Of a stretch of DNA of 64,000 nucleotides, positions 25,001-37,750 are shown in pieces. Every line of letters begins with the position of its first letter. Within the stretch, counting starts at the first letter, position 1. The translations under genes were made by a program, and so were the position numbers. Source of the DNA: Amoebophrya sp. A120 (lineage: Eukaryota > Protista > Dinoflagellata); assembly GCA_905178155.1 (NCBI GenBank), contig CAJINV010000033.1, forward strand, positions 84,736 through 148,735, given 5' to 3'. Below the pieces are notes generated by a model. That model did not search any database and was not told the DNA's origin. It saw only the letters and a program-made list of their open reading frames with translations.

Positions 25001-28000
25001 AGGAAAAGCTCCTGAAAGAAATCAATTCCGAGGGATCGTCTCCTGCAGAACAAACGAGCACCGCCTTTCTGGCAGAGGACCTGCTTTCGGAAGAAGCACA
25101 GAAGGCACCATCTTCACACGAAGTAGTACAGGCAGAAGATGCTTCTCGTAAAGCGGCCCCTGCTTCTACTACCGCTGGTGCAGATCATGTTGATCTAGTT
25201 CCTGCAGAAGATGTTGTATCTATGCCAACTACACGTAGTACAGGCACATCATCAACGCAATCACACCTCGATGGAACTTCTACCAGCAAGCTCGACCTGG
25301 CGGCCACCGGCGAAGTGTTGCTCGCGTTGCAGGACTTAAGTAAACACAGCACGACCGCGACCAGTGGTAGTAGCGAGAGGATGATGAAGATGGCAAGTAC
25401 AGATAGAGCTGAGAATCAAAAGTTATTGACGAGCACAGGAGTCCTCGGCACCACGCCTGGGTCCGGCGCAACCGGTCTGCAGGTGGACACGGATACGGTG
25501 ATCACGTCCTACATCCCGATCGCGTGTCTGCAAAACTGCACCGTTCCTGACTCCGACGAGTGCATCCGCTGCAAGCAGTACACGGTGATGCAGCAGTGGT
25601 GCATCGCCCACCACAACGACCCGAGCTGCATGCACGTGTTACTGGACTCCGGGGGGTACTTGCTGAAGCACGAACTGCACTACCGGAACGGGTCCCTGAA
25701 GATTGACTGGGCGAACTTTTCCCTTTCGGAGCACTTGGTCGTGTCGACAGACGACGGGGAGGGAAGCGGTGGCAGACGAGCCGGGGAGAACGGGATGGTC
25801 ATGACTACAGCGGGGCAAATGTCGCAAATTTCCGACGAGATGCCTCTCCCGGACGGCATGGAGGAGAAAACCGGGCCCTGCAGCTACCAGAAGATGGTGG
25901 GGCACTGCGTCCTGACCGGGGAGCACGGCCGCGACCAGCAGCTGGTCCGCCACGCCCTGCCGCACTTGCTGGCGGAGGCCGACTGCCGCGAGGCGTGCGA
26001 CGCGGGCGGCGACGAGTGTGTGGGGTTCGAGTTTGTCGAGTTCACCCGCGCCGCGGCGGACAACCTCGCGCAGTGCACGGTGGTTCTAAACCCCCTGTTC
26101 GCGGACAACAGCGGGATCGCGATCCGGCGGGGTAACCAGGAGCTGGGGGCTTTCTGCTCCGCGAAGAACGGTTTGGTGCCCGTGGACTACACGAACCAAA
26201 ACTCGTTTCTGGAGCAAGAAAGTTCGGCTGCCGGCGGTCGTGCTGGCACGACGTCCTGGTCTAGCAACAACGGATCTAGTACTTCTGCGTTAAGCGTCGC
26301 CTCCGCGCCCGTGGTCTCGGTTGATGCAGCTAGCAGTATCCCGCGGTCGCGGGACAGCATCATAGTTTCGTCCCTAAACCTCTCGTCACCGCTCCATCTC
26401 GACAGCCGGCCGGCCGAGCAGTTCTCCGCCTACCATGATCCGACGTTCCGCCGGGCGCTGGCGATCACCGACGGACTGCAGCGGAGCAAGTAGAAATAAA
26501 GGATAGCACTTTCATCTTATTTCGTCATGATAATGTGTTGTTGATGATACGTGCTGGTATATTTCTTCTTTTCGTGAAGTATGAAGAAATCCACTTCCTG
26601 GTTTGTAAATGCAAGCGAGCATCATGCAAATGCATATACAGTTCTGCATAAGCATAACTAGACTAAAGTGTTGTTCAATCTCAATCTCATTCCAGTTCTG
26701 CCGTTTTTGCTTTTGCTTACGTGGACGATTTTTACTCGAGCCCACTTGTTCAATAACAAACAGCTACAACACGGACCTGGTCGCTTTCCGCGCGGCCATG
26801 TCCACCGACGATCCGGATCGCAAGAAGCTGGCGGATCTCCGTGGCGTGGGACTCTGGGCGAGCAGTTGTAGCCTCCCCGGGAACGTGGTGCCGTTGCGGT
26901 ATTTTGTCCAGGCGAGGCCCACCTTCATTCCCAAGAAGTTCTGCGTCACCAGTGCAAACCCGGCGCAGCAGTCATTCTGTCAAACGGAAGTAATAGGAGG
27001 CCATCATCTTCAAGACGGCCGCGGGAGTCAAACTATCTCCAGAGGTGGTGACGAGAAAGCAGGCTCAATAGTGACCCGGACCAAGGCAAAGGTGCTGTAT
27101 GAGAAGGGAAGAAGTAGAGGTAGAGATACAACTAGAAGTTCAGAAGCTGACCAGGATCCAGAGACCGGAGTGTTTTATTCTATCCCGAAAGCGAAAACGA
27201 CATCGCGAAAAGGGGTCACCAGTACAACCAGCAGTACCTCGGAAGGGGCAAATGACGAGGTAGGACCTTCCTCAAGGATTCTGAGTCAGGGTAGTTCTTT
27301 AAATTACGGGTCTTTTCTAGAGAAGGAAATGGACGACGACAATCCACGAGATGTAATTGGAAACAGCAGGAGTTCCTCCTCTTCTACTAGTAGTGATCCA
27401 GGCGCAAGAACAAAAACGGCATCCGCGATACAAACGGCAGCAAGGAGTAGAGTACGGAAAAAAAGTCAGGACGACGGTGCCACCAACGCCCACCCCGCCG
27501 CGCCGGGCTACCTGAGCGCCCCGGTTGCGAGAATCGAGAACAATCCGTATCAACTGCAAACGTGGCTGGGCCTGGAACGGCAGCAAGCTCTGTTGCGCAC
27601 TAGGCATGATCAGAAAGTAGAAGCGTTGTAAAAGGTGGTAGGTCATGCAGCAACACATAGTTCTTCGCTGCAATTTCTTTGTGCAGGCGTTGCGATCAAC
27701 ATTCCACGATGCAGCATAATCCCGCAGATAATTTTCAGGTCCAGGAGAAATCAGATTTGCCACGCATAACCCGTTCAATTTCACGCTCGAGGATTTCATG
27801 CCGCTTTACGACGCGGAGGGCATGCCGACGCAAGTTCCAAGAATCGCTGCGCTTCCTATCATCGAACAGGACTACTGGAAGCACGAATTGATGAAGGATT
27901 TCCTCGCCCGCGTGGGTACGTCTCACCTGAAACTGCAGGACAACGAAGCGTATGCTGGTTCGCAAACCTATCGCACTTACTCGTCGCTGTACCTAGCATT

Positions 28001-28987
28001 TTTGCAATCATGGATGACAAATGCATTCTAGGAAATGGAAATAAAATCAGCATGACCACTAACTTACTACCGACGTTTTCCCTTGACGAAGAATTTTATA
28101 TTGCAAGTTACTATGCGACGAATAAAACGATGCCGCTTTTCCATGCTTGCATAAGGCGAGTTCGCTCGCCGCGAACTCTGTCGGCATGCAGGCTTACCAC
28201 AACGTGTTGACTAGTCAAGACTGCTGGTTGCTGTGTTCCGAGTGGAGCGACTGCGTCATTTGGAAGTACACAGACTGCAATGATTTGGACAGCTGCCGGT
28301 ACACCAACGGCGCCTGCGTCCTCTATATGAGAGTGCACGAACAATCCCCCTCCCTTTCCTCATTTGAAAGGCAATTAGTTTAACTACATGGACAGAAACA
28401 TCACACGCAAAAGCGTCACAAAAAATCGACGCCTCCCGTTTGACAAATCCGCAGACAGATTGTAGTGATCATCCAAGTTTCTTGGGTTTGGGACACAGCT
28501 TTCTACTCATGAAAAGACTGCCTTATGGTTGTGCTTGTGGCAAGAAGTGGATTTCTTGGTACTATTTTGCATAAAACAGCACGAGGGTCGGGAGGGGGGA
28601 AATTTGTGCGCTCTGATTCTCTACAGCGACCCGGACGTGGTGCTGATGCCGAACCTCTACGAATCGCAGCAGGCCTCTGAGTCCCGGTACTGGGTGGACC
28701 ACAACTACTATCACGGCCACCGGTTTTGCCGGGTGGACTGGCAGGAGACCGGGTTCTCGAGGAAGTTCTACGAATTCCTGCCTTTCGGGCTACTCAGTTT
28801 GGCCGCGTGCTGCTTCGGGGTGTTCCTGTCGCACTGCAAGCGGACCTACTACCACAAAACGTCCCAGCTGCACCAGGAACAGCACCTGCACCACCCGCGC
28901 AGGGCGTACCGGAAGGATTCGGGGACGGATATTTCCCAGCCGGCCCGCTGGCTGCCGCACACGACAAGACTGCACAACCACGAATGA
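21146..28987 (+). CDS. Large Ser/Asn-rich predicted type I membrane/surface protein with PAN/apple-like Cys modules; multi-exon
   Basis: N-terminal hydrophobic segment; EADCREACDAGGDECVGFEF..C and SQDCWLLCSEWSDCVIWKY..C motifs; C-terminal hydrophobic FLPFGLLSLAACCFGVFL. The junction near 27620-27740 is not resolved. Confidence 0.6.
21992..22036 (+). repeat. (TCA)15 microsatellite encoding poly-Ser
   Basis: perfect trinucleotide run inside the exon. Confidence 0.95.
22586..22756. mobile_element. Introner family C (close copy of 12960-13121)
   Basis: long TIR tatcccagagaaaaaagctggcagggcatatttgtaatg; DR cgctt. Confidence 0.92.
23134..23359. mobile_element. Introner family D-like with inverted rather than direct 5-nt flank
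   Basis: tatcctgtgcaaaaat / atttttgcaatgcata; flanks cgaag and cttcg; removing element+5 nt is in frame. Confidence 0.75.
27951..28153. mobile_element. Degenerate introner
   Basis: tatgc...gcata ends; DR aagcg/aggcg; in-frame join NEA-SSLAA. Confidence 0.7.
28326..28618. mobile_element. Introner family E
   Basis: tatgagagtgcac..tcccc TIR; DR ctcta. Confidence 0.82.
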
Positions 28988-30013
28988 CGCTGCTGGGATG
29001 GTTAAGACGAAAAGGAAGAAAAATTCCATCGCGTTTATCTTGATCCAACAAGTAAACAAGTTCCTCGTGCGGGGACGATTGTAATTTGTGCCATCGATCA
29101 TATCAATCTCGTAAACGATGTTGTATCGATTTATAGTTTTTCCCAATGAATAATCTTTTGTCTTACCCGCAAAGCAAAAGCTATGTTTGTTCAAATCGAC
29201 GACTTTTTGTCGCACAAACGAGGCCAGTTCTTTCGGTCATGTCTTTCATTTTCTCTATATGTATGATTTTTGCCTTGCTATCGCTTGGTCGTAGTGCGCG
29301 GCGCAAAAAAGTTTCCAAGAAAATGAACCGACTGAGAACTAAAGGGCGTTGACAGTGCGTAGTCAGCGTTCATTTATGAAATGCACCGGAGACAATGACG
29401 ACCCTAATCAATGTACATCTTCCAAAATGACCCCGCCTGTATGACTTTAGTAGAACTTTAACTTTTCTTATATTTGATTTGGTGAAAAAATAAGAGCTCA
29501 CAAGAATCGTAGTCGTAAGTATGAGTGCGTCTTCAATGGCGTCCTAGATGTCGTCAGAGGGATACGTGTGCAGTAGCATTCCCTGTCAATATGTTCTTCG
29601 CATCTTCAAATTCATCCAGATCAGCAACGTGGTCAGTTTTTTTTCTCCTAAGTTCTTCCCTCCAATGACGCCGGGCGGTTGCTTCGGTTTGATGTGCTTC
29701 AAACGTAAAAACACTTTGTCCATAGCTGAGGTCGGTCTGCTAGAAGGTGCAAACTGTTCATCACCTCTCTTACGATTCGGGCGGTGGTGAGCGTGAGGCT
29801 GAGGGTGACATAGACAGTGCTTGGCCTTCGTTCAGGCATGTTGCTCAAGAGCATCTACCGCTTTGGAGGTGTTGTTGAAAGGGACTCCTGATTGTGAGGC
29901 CATACTCAATATTCGGCTGCCGCGATTTTTTTTTGTATGTATCTATGCAGGTATGTACTTGTGCATGACGAACTCCTGCATTTTTCCAGACCGAGACCTT
30001 TTTACATTTGATA

Positions 30014-30819
30014 TACGGATCTCTTGCGGGCGGACGACAAGCCCGAACAAGTGCAGCAGCAAGTTCCGCGCGTCATGGCGAACCTGACCGACAACGTTTT
30101 CGCGAACTACGCCCCCGGGGTGCTGGACGTCCATTCCGAGAAACGGCTCCAGCCCGAAACGCCGCCCGCCGATCGTGCAGACTTGATCCGGTGTGCGAAA
30201 AAAAGAGCCAACGCCAAAAAGGGGCCGCTGTGGAACGCTGCGGCGAATTTCTTGACGGAGTACATTGCCGTGTGTCAAGCGAACAAGCTGGAACTGAAGG
30301 ACCGGAACAAGTACCTTTTGCAAACCGTGAAACTGTCTTTCAACAAGATGAACGGGATCGGCCAGGAGGTGTACAAACTCCACCTGGATGCGGCGATTCA
30401 GCAGAACCTCGTAGAGACGAAGTTGTTCGGAAACTTGCCCGAACTCATGCGGTATGAATTGTAAAAGCATCGTACTAGCAGTAATTGCATTACAAATTAT
30501 AACCCAGCATGAGCATGACAAATGGAATTTGTCATGCTGTTTTACCTTGGGATGGAGATTTGAAATGCATAATTGCAATTACTACGAGTACGATGCTTTT
30601 GCGCTGGATATGCGGGAAGACCCGATGTTCAACGAGCTGTACTACGTCGGCTACGACCTGTTCGCGGCGATGTCTGAGAAGGCTAAGTATGATGTCGATG
30701 AGGACAAAGTCGACGACTTTTTTGACTGGATCATCTTCGCCGTGGGGCTGGGTAGTGCCCGCTTGGACACGGCCTTTCTCGATGAGCGCCTCGATGCATC
30801 GGAGTGGGTGGAGCTCTAG
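30014..30819 (+). CDS. Hypothetical protein, 5'-incomplete; exons about 30019-30452 and 30616-30819
   Basis: Coding-like GC-rich frame joined LPELMR-EDPMF by introner removal; begins directly after an orphan right TIR; no family recognised. Confidence 0.55.
30453..30610. mobile_element. Introner family D
   Basis: tatgaattgtaaaagcatcgtact / agtacgatgcttttgcgctggata; DR tgcgg. Confidence 0.9.
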
Positions 30820-30995
30820 AGAGCTCTCGTTGATGACCGTTGGACGACCACTTCTTTGCAAGCAGATCTTCCCGAGGGTGCATAAGCATCTTCTTGAAAA
30901 ATATACCGACACCGCCGACGTGATGGAATCTGTATTCAGTTGTACTCCTTTTTTACTACCTCCGACCACATTACGTATGTTCTCTTTCTTTCGTG

Positions 30996-31053
30996 AAGTA
31001 CTTACATCACTCGTGCTTTCTTTCGGAAAGTACTTACATCACTCGTGCTTTCT
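30996..31053 (+). repeat. Two-copy direct repeat aagtacttacatcactcgtgctttct
   Basis: 26-nt unit repeated with 32-nt period downstream of a stop codon. Confidence 0.85.
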
Positions 31054-32021
31054 ATCGTATGAAGATCAAACCTGCTTCTTCCCCTCATTTAATTCTGAAG
31101 TTTTGCTCTCTCCACCTGAGTAGTTTATTTCGCACGACCCGTCAGTGGTTGTGCTTGTGCCTTGTGGTTTATTTGCCTATTTTGTCCTTAACATTTACTT
31201 TAGATTTTCATCTTTGTCTTCCTGCATACGTCGTTATCTTCACGCCCTGCTACAGGAAAATTCAAATCTTTTTGAAAGATTTGAATTGGATATAATTCCG
31301 AAACGTTCTTGACTTATCCCCTGCTGTCTTGACACGCGAAAAGCGCCGACAAGCTGCAGTTCCACCCCGGTCGGCCTTTTGAAATAAAAAATACACAAGG
31401 CTATTCTAATTCGTGCTGTACCTGCAGTTGGGATTGCTCGGGAAGAAGTGAAAGTGTTTCGGAAAACGCCTTGATGTTTGTCTTTGTTTTATTTCGATGA
31501 GATCGAGATGGAGATGTACTTAAGTTCTTGGCGCTCTTTGACACAATGAAAAAGTTGGAAACACCGAGCGAAAACAAAAAGAGAGGTACAAAAACAGCTT
31601 TTGCATTCATGAAGTTGCTTTGTCATCTGTGTCAGATGGTGCGAGAGAGTTTTTTTATTTTTTGTTCCTTAGCGAAAACAAGCGAGGACAGGGGAGGGGG
31701 GGAGCAGTGGCGGCTGTGAAGAATTACTCGGGAAGATTTTGGCTGTTGCTGGGAGCCACGATTGGGGTCTTGATCGATGATCTCTATGGGGAAGACATAA
31801 TTTCCTTTTAGTTCATTCTAAACGAAAACTGAAACTGAAGCACTATTGAGAGGCATCGTTATTTCCCATCGCCAGACCAGTAGTTTCGAAGAACGAATTC
31901 TTTGTTTCTCTTTTTGTTTCACCGTGTTTCATCGTCATCGTGTTGGAGATAGTTGTTACTTTTTGTTTTCGTTTGTTTCGCATTTTTGGTTTTACTTAAC
32001 GAGATAAAATAAGAGAAAAAG

Positions 32022-35000
32022 ATGTTTTCCTTTTCGCTTGACGGCAAAGGGGCAAAGCCTACGGGGCTCAATAGTACTGGTGCGTCGACCACCTCTACAT
32101 CGGGTAGTAGTTTCAAACCGCTCTCTGCGTCGCCGCTGCGGGCGCCGACACTGTAAGACAGTAGCAGTAGCAGAGTCGTTTCTATTTTTTCCGCTATGCT
32201 CTTGATGTAGTCTTCGTTATATCAACTGCGTGTTTCTGTTTATTAGGACAACAACTACAAGCTTGGACTAGGGGGGCGCTTTCCACGATTGGATTTTTTT
32301 CAAAGGTGCTGATAATTGCTGTCAAGTGCTGGTCGATATTTCTCTAAAAATCTCATCTGAAAATCAGCACCGGTGCTTTCCGCCAGTCTCCACCCGCCCC
32401 AAAGTCAACGGTAGGACCACTTATACCGCCAACATCTACTACTTCCACCTATATTAACCCAACGTACATTCCCGCACCGGCTTCGCAGCTTCCTGGCGCA
32501 CCACCTGCGCATGTCTTGCTGACAAACGGCGGTGGTGCGGTCTCGTCGCATCAACAGCTGAGCAGGGTGAACAAGAACTCCACACGAGTTTCATCAGCGG
32601 GAAGCGCTTCCAACGGGAAGATGAACCATAGTACAGCCGGTAGTTCTACTTCTGGTGGAACTGTGAGAACAACAGTTTCCACCACTTTGCCGGCGGGCAG
32701 CACTTTCCCTCCTCCGCCCGTACAACTGCATTCTGTTGCCGATGGCACGAGTTCTTCTCACGGCGGGTCGACGTCCTCCAGAAGCGCCACCGCCGGTAGA
32801 AGAAGCGGTGATCCCGCGCCATCCGTGTCATCATCACACACGCAAGCAGGAGGTCCCCCCGTGAACAAGCAGGTCCTGCACGATGCTCGCGCAGGAGCAC
32901 CAGCGGTGGATCTTCATGATCTTCCGTCTGTTACTCGTCGAGGCTCTCAGCCTGCTCCAGTTCAGCTTACCGCTGGAGGTGCCGTTGACACGACTGAAGG
33001 AAATAAAGAAGAGCTTCAGCCATCGGGAGAGGTGGCGCAGAAATTGTCCTCGACGTCTTCGGGTGGTACAACAAACAAAAACGGAGAAACGCCTGGCACG
33101 CTGGAAAAAAGTGGGAAAATGAATACAGCGCAAGATGAAACTAGTACGAATAGCAGGGGTGCGGCGGTGGAACCGGTGGACGAACAAAGAACATTGCGCA
33201 CTAAACCGACAACGCTGTTCACTCCAGCAAGCGGCACTACCGCCACGACTGGCGCAGGTAAAAACGCACCAGACGGTGGAGTGCTGCCAGGACAAGTATT
33301 AGATACCGGGCCTACGACTTCTGCTACAACTTCTACACCCGAGAACGTTTCCCCTCCGCAACGTAGCAGCGCTACAAGAGCAAAGGCCACTGCCACTACT
33401 GCTGCAACCGCACCTGTAGAACACGGGGGCTCAACAGTAGATCCAGTTCCTCCACTCCTATCGTCTTCAACCGCTACACCTATACCCGGCTTCGATGCGC
33501 GAGCCTCACCCGACCACGGCCTGCGGCCCGGGGATAAGGTATACAACAACAAATGTTGGAGAGGAATTGTCTTCATGCACGACGACCAGGAGGTTTTTTG
33601 AAATTGATATGAATGCGTTCTTCTTCTTGCAGATCAAAGGTCAAACTTGTCCACCTCCCACACCGAATCTAATACATAAGATCTTTGTCGTCCTCGTATC
33701 GTAATAAATTCTATCAGGTCATCTTTTCCGAGGTAATCACCTCCTCTTCCCCCGACCAACGGCGGCACAGCGCTACCCTCTTCCGCGTGGATGGGGAGTG
33801 CTTCGAATCCCGCGAGGCCATGATGGAGTACATGAAGAACAACTATGCACTGCAAATATATGAAATTTGGATCTGGAAACAATACTTGTGATGCTGAATC
33901 CTGATAACTGACTGCGCCTCTAAGGGCAGTGAAGCATGACAAACGTTCAGGACAACGCTTTCTCATAATGCCTAGTGCGCGAAAATACTTAAACAAAAAG
34001 CGGCGCTTCTATATGTAAGTATGCAGTACGGAATCATTTTCAGGATTCCGCAATAAGCGATACAGATTGAAAGTGTCCAGATGGAGCCATACATATCAAT
34101 TTGCAGTGGATAATATCCAACAGAGCACCAAACGCGTGATCGGCGAGTATTACACCGGCACATCAGAAGGGGGTCGAGGTGCGGCTGGTTCTAGTTCCGC
34201 CGGAAGCACGACAAATTCTGCAGGTGTTTCTTCAACGGCTGCCGTGTCCTACCAGTGCCCACTGTGCGGGAAAGGTGATTAGGCACTGGAGAGAAAATAA
34301 GTCTTCCACAGTCACGAAGTCTAAGTTGCAGGCCTTGCATGACAAATTTCTTTGGCACCGCAACAGAATTGATTATGAATTCTCTTACACAGCTTCAGAG
34401 TGCACTCCTTGGCTTGTCCGTGAGTAGTAGTAGATCGTGACGAGCGTTTTTCTCTGGAAAGTGATGCGACGAACGGCACAAGTGAGCAACCAACTAATCC
34501 GGTGGAATTCCCCACGCGGGAGGAATTTTTGAAGCACATGGGGGAAATGCACGAGAACAAGGTGACGACGCGTCTCCTGGAGGGGGATGAGGTAATCTTG
34601 ACTAACAGATACAGATGATGAATATCACGTGAACGCTTTTCAATGAATTTTTTCACTAGTATCGTTTCAGGAAAGATGCTTGATACTAGACGTAACTGTC
34701 TGGCGTCGAAAGCCATGATCCAACTTTTTTGTTCTTCACAGGCGGCACCTGTAACAAGTACTCTGTCAAATTAGCAGGTGGTCGACGACAGTGGTGAAGT
34801 TCTGACTCCTCGTCGAGCGGAAGAGGCTCGCCAGAAATTGTCCCAACGGAAGTCTGAGCTGGGTCCGTCGGGAGAACTGCAAAGCAGCCCGGCCACTAGA
34901 AACGGTGAAGAAGAAGCCGCACATCAAGCCAGCATGCAGATTGTGACGCAGACGAACCCAGAGACAGGGGATACGAGGACCATTCTGCGCGATGCTGAAA

Positions 35001-36898
35001 CCGGCCGCATTGAAGCTGCATTTGATGAAGACACGGCGGAATTTCTGTTGGAGGACAAGCACACTGCAAGTTGTAAAAACACCGCCGTTGGCACCACCAC
35101 GACCCCGGCACAAGGAAGTTGTACTTCTCCAACTTCAAAGGTTTCTGCAAATATTAAATCTAAAGCAAAATCCAAACCCAAAGCCCCCACCTTGTCCGAA
35201 GAGCAGGAGAAGTACCTGCAGGAGCTGTCGCTCCTCGCGTTCCGCGTATGAGAGTGCACAACTCCCCTCTCCCTCATTCGTATGCAATACAAACAACTGA
35301 AGCTGCCTGTGCATGACTAGTTCTCCGGCCGAAGGTGGTACTATTTGGCCTTCCGAAATTAAAATTTGTCACGCAAACAGTGCCACAGGGCAGAAAATGG
35401 ATTTACGGTTTTGCCTGACAATCGAGGGGGAGGGGGAGTTGTGCACTTTCATACCGCGCGTTGGTGCAGGATATGGGGAAGCGGTTACTGATATCATCTG
35501 TAAAAACGTCTCCACCCCAGAGTTGTCATGCGAATTTGCATGCCCAAATTGTTTCTCATGCGCAGCCCACTGAGGAGTATTTTAATTTTTTCATGCTGTC
35601 TGGCTCTGGGCCTTTGTTTGTCATGCTCTAATCCGGATTAGAGCCCAGATTTGTAGTGATGCGGTCTCACTAGCCAACCACGACTACACTACAGGCCCAA
35701 ATTCGTCATGCGCAACAGGCAAACCTTGTGGGTTTGTGTTGCAAAATCGCCAACTTGACCTTTATAGTGGGAACGTTTTCGCACAGGATAACTGAAGCAG
35801 TCCAAGAGCTTTCACGAGAAGAAGCGGCGGAAGGAATCGGAAGCGGTGCGGCAGGCGATGGAATTTTTCGGCCTGAAGGAGGAGGGAGCCACGGCGCAGG
35901 AGGCGAATGCGGCCTACAAGAAAAAGGCACGGGAAATGCACCCGGACAAGTGCGGGGGGACGGACGAGGCAAAGCAGGCCTTTCAGGAAATGAAGGCTTT
36001 GTACGATATGGTGAAAAGCACACTGGAGGGTGCAGGTTCTGGAAGCGGAAGCAAGGCGGTCGGCGAGGACGAGTCGCAGAGTCCGGGTAAGTACTACTAT
36101 TGAAAAGTTGTATTGATACGATCTTTTATTTATTTTTCGACTTGCTCGCCGACAAGTTTCAGTCTGTCATGCGGATGTGGAAGCCGCTGCCGCGAATCGA
36201 ATGCGCATGCGAATGCTCTTTTCTGAGATCCGTTATTGTCTCGCTGGACCATTATAAACAAGATCATGTGTGAAGATATTTACTACTTTAATTCGGCTTT
36301 TTGAAAAATATCATATATTATTGTTGATGCCCGCTTGAGTTTATGGTTACCTTATTTAAATAATTCAAATGTAATCGTCTGATGGTGCAACTCAAACTCT
36401 AGATCGGGCGCAACCGGAAGGCCGTCAAAAAGAAGCTTACGACGAGGACAGCCCACCGCAGGGAAAGCGGGACCAATATCCTGGGCAAAAACGTCCTCGC
36501 ATCAGAGTCAAGTTGGAAACTTAGCAACACAAATGCAGAAGTTTTGGGAGCCACGCATGACAAGTTTTCCTCTGAATAATTGTAGTGCAGGTAACCAAGG
36601 ATAAGGAAATCCGCATCACAAATCCATTTCCTCATCCTGTCTACAGCATAACAGATGCCAGATAAACACGACTGGAAACTACACTTCCCACAAGAATGTG
36701 CATTACAAATGTTCCTGAAATTGCGAAGCTGCATGACAACCCTGTGGTGGGGACGTTTTTGCTCAGGATAACCAAGACGAAGCTGCAAAAGCCATCTCGT
36801 ACGATCCGAGTTCGCGGGACAGCATGCGGGAGGCGCTGGAGAGGATGTTGGCGCAGATTCGAAATGCTCGCCGACAAAGCGAGGACTTGGACAAATGA
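32022..36898 (+). CDS. J-domain (DnaJ-type) protein with C2H2 zinc-finger-like motif and low-complexity N-terminus; start uncertain
   Basis: AYKKKAREMHPDKCGGTDEAKQAFQEM (HPD motif); CPLCGK..EFPTREEFLKHMGEMH; four introners plus GT-AG introns; stop at 36896-36898. Confidence 0.7.
33844..34112. mobile_element. Introner family A-like, degenerate
   Basis: tatgcactgcaaa / tttgcagtggata; flanks acaac/atatc; in frame. Confidence 0.75.
35247..35453. mobile_element. Introner family E
   Basis: tatgagagtgcacaactcccc / ggggagttgtgcactttcata; DR ccgcg. Confidence 0.92.
35492..35790. mobile_element. Introner family B
   Basis: family B TIR; DR actga. Confidence 0.88.
36477..36770. mobile_element. Introner family B (inverted relative to 3444)
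   Basis: tatcctgggcaaaaacgtcc / ggacgtttttgctcaggata; DR accaa. Confidence 0.9.
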
Positions 36899-37750
36899 TC
36901 TGCCACTACTCCCGTACGGGTACTTACCCGCCCCGGCGAGATTACTTAATGATATGCAGCTCGTTGGTTCAGACGATGAAGAATTTATAAAAGTTTCTGC
37001 TCGTTGATGAAGTGAAGAATAAACGTTTCAGTGGTGTTTCATTTTGTTGTCACTTTCTCTCGGAAGCATTCTACTCATCCTGAAGGCACTTCACTATGTG
37101 TCGTGGTCAACAAGCTGCAAGTCCTCTGACAGCTTTGCGACTGCCTGTTCTTGTGTCCCGTCTTCAGTTCCTTCTGATCATGTCAAGACACGTTGATTAT
37201 ATGGCAATGAATAGCAATGATCAGTCACGTACTTGTACTTCTGGTGAAATCCCGGCTCGATGGCACCATGATCCCAGCACTTGTACGCAATGAAGAAAGG
37301 ACGAGAGAACAAGAGTTGATGTTTCTGGAGTAGCCAGGGAGGAGCGTGCCACTAAAGATCCCAAACTAAATATGTGAGAGAATGATCTGGTCGGTGGCCA
37401 GCATGAAAAAGATGATGCACTATGTTCGCACAAGAATTGTGGGGCGATTCACATTCACACTGACACCGGGCAAAGATTCTATAAAAATGATGTTATTTTG
37501 TTATCTTTGAGTAGCTCCTTCTGCTACTTTTGTAGTTTAGACTCTCTCTAGGATCATCAAGATGAAGCATCTTTGGCCGTTGTTTTCAGGTGCATTCCCT
37601 GTGGTCGTGACGCTCGGTCCTCGGCGTTTTGCGTGTTGAACAGGTAGTTGCGTTGTCTGCTCTTGGACACATCACGACTGAGCAGGTCCTCTCCCGCAGC
37701 AAGGCCGCGTTCTCGATCGCACGACCAGCACACCGTCGTCGAAATAACAA

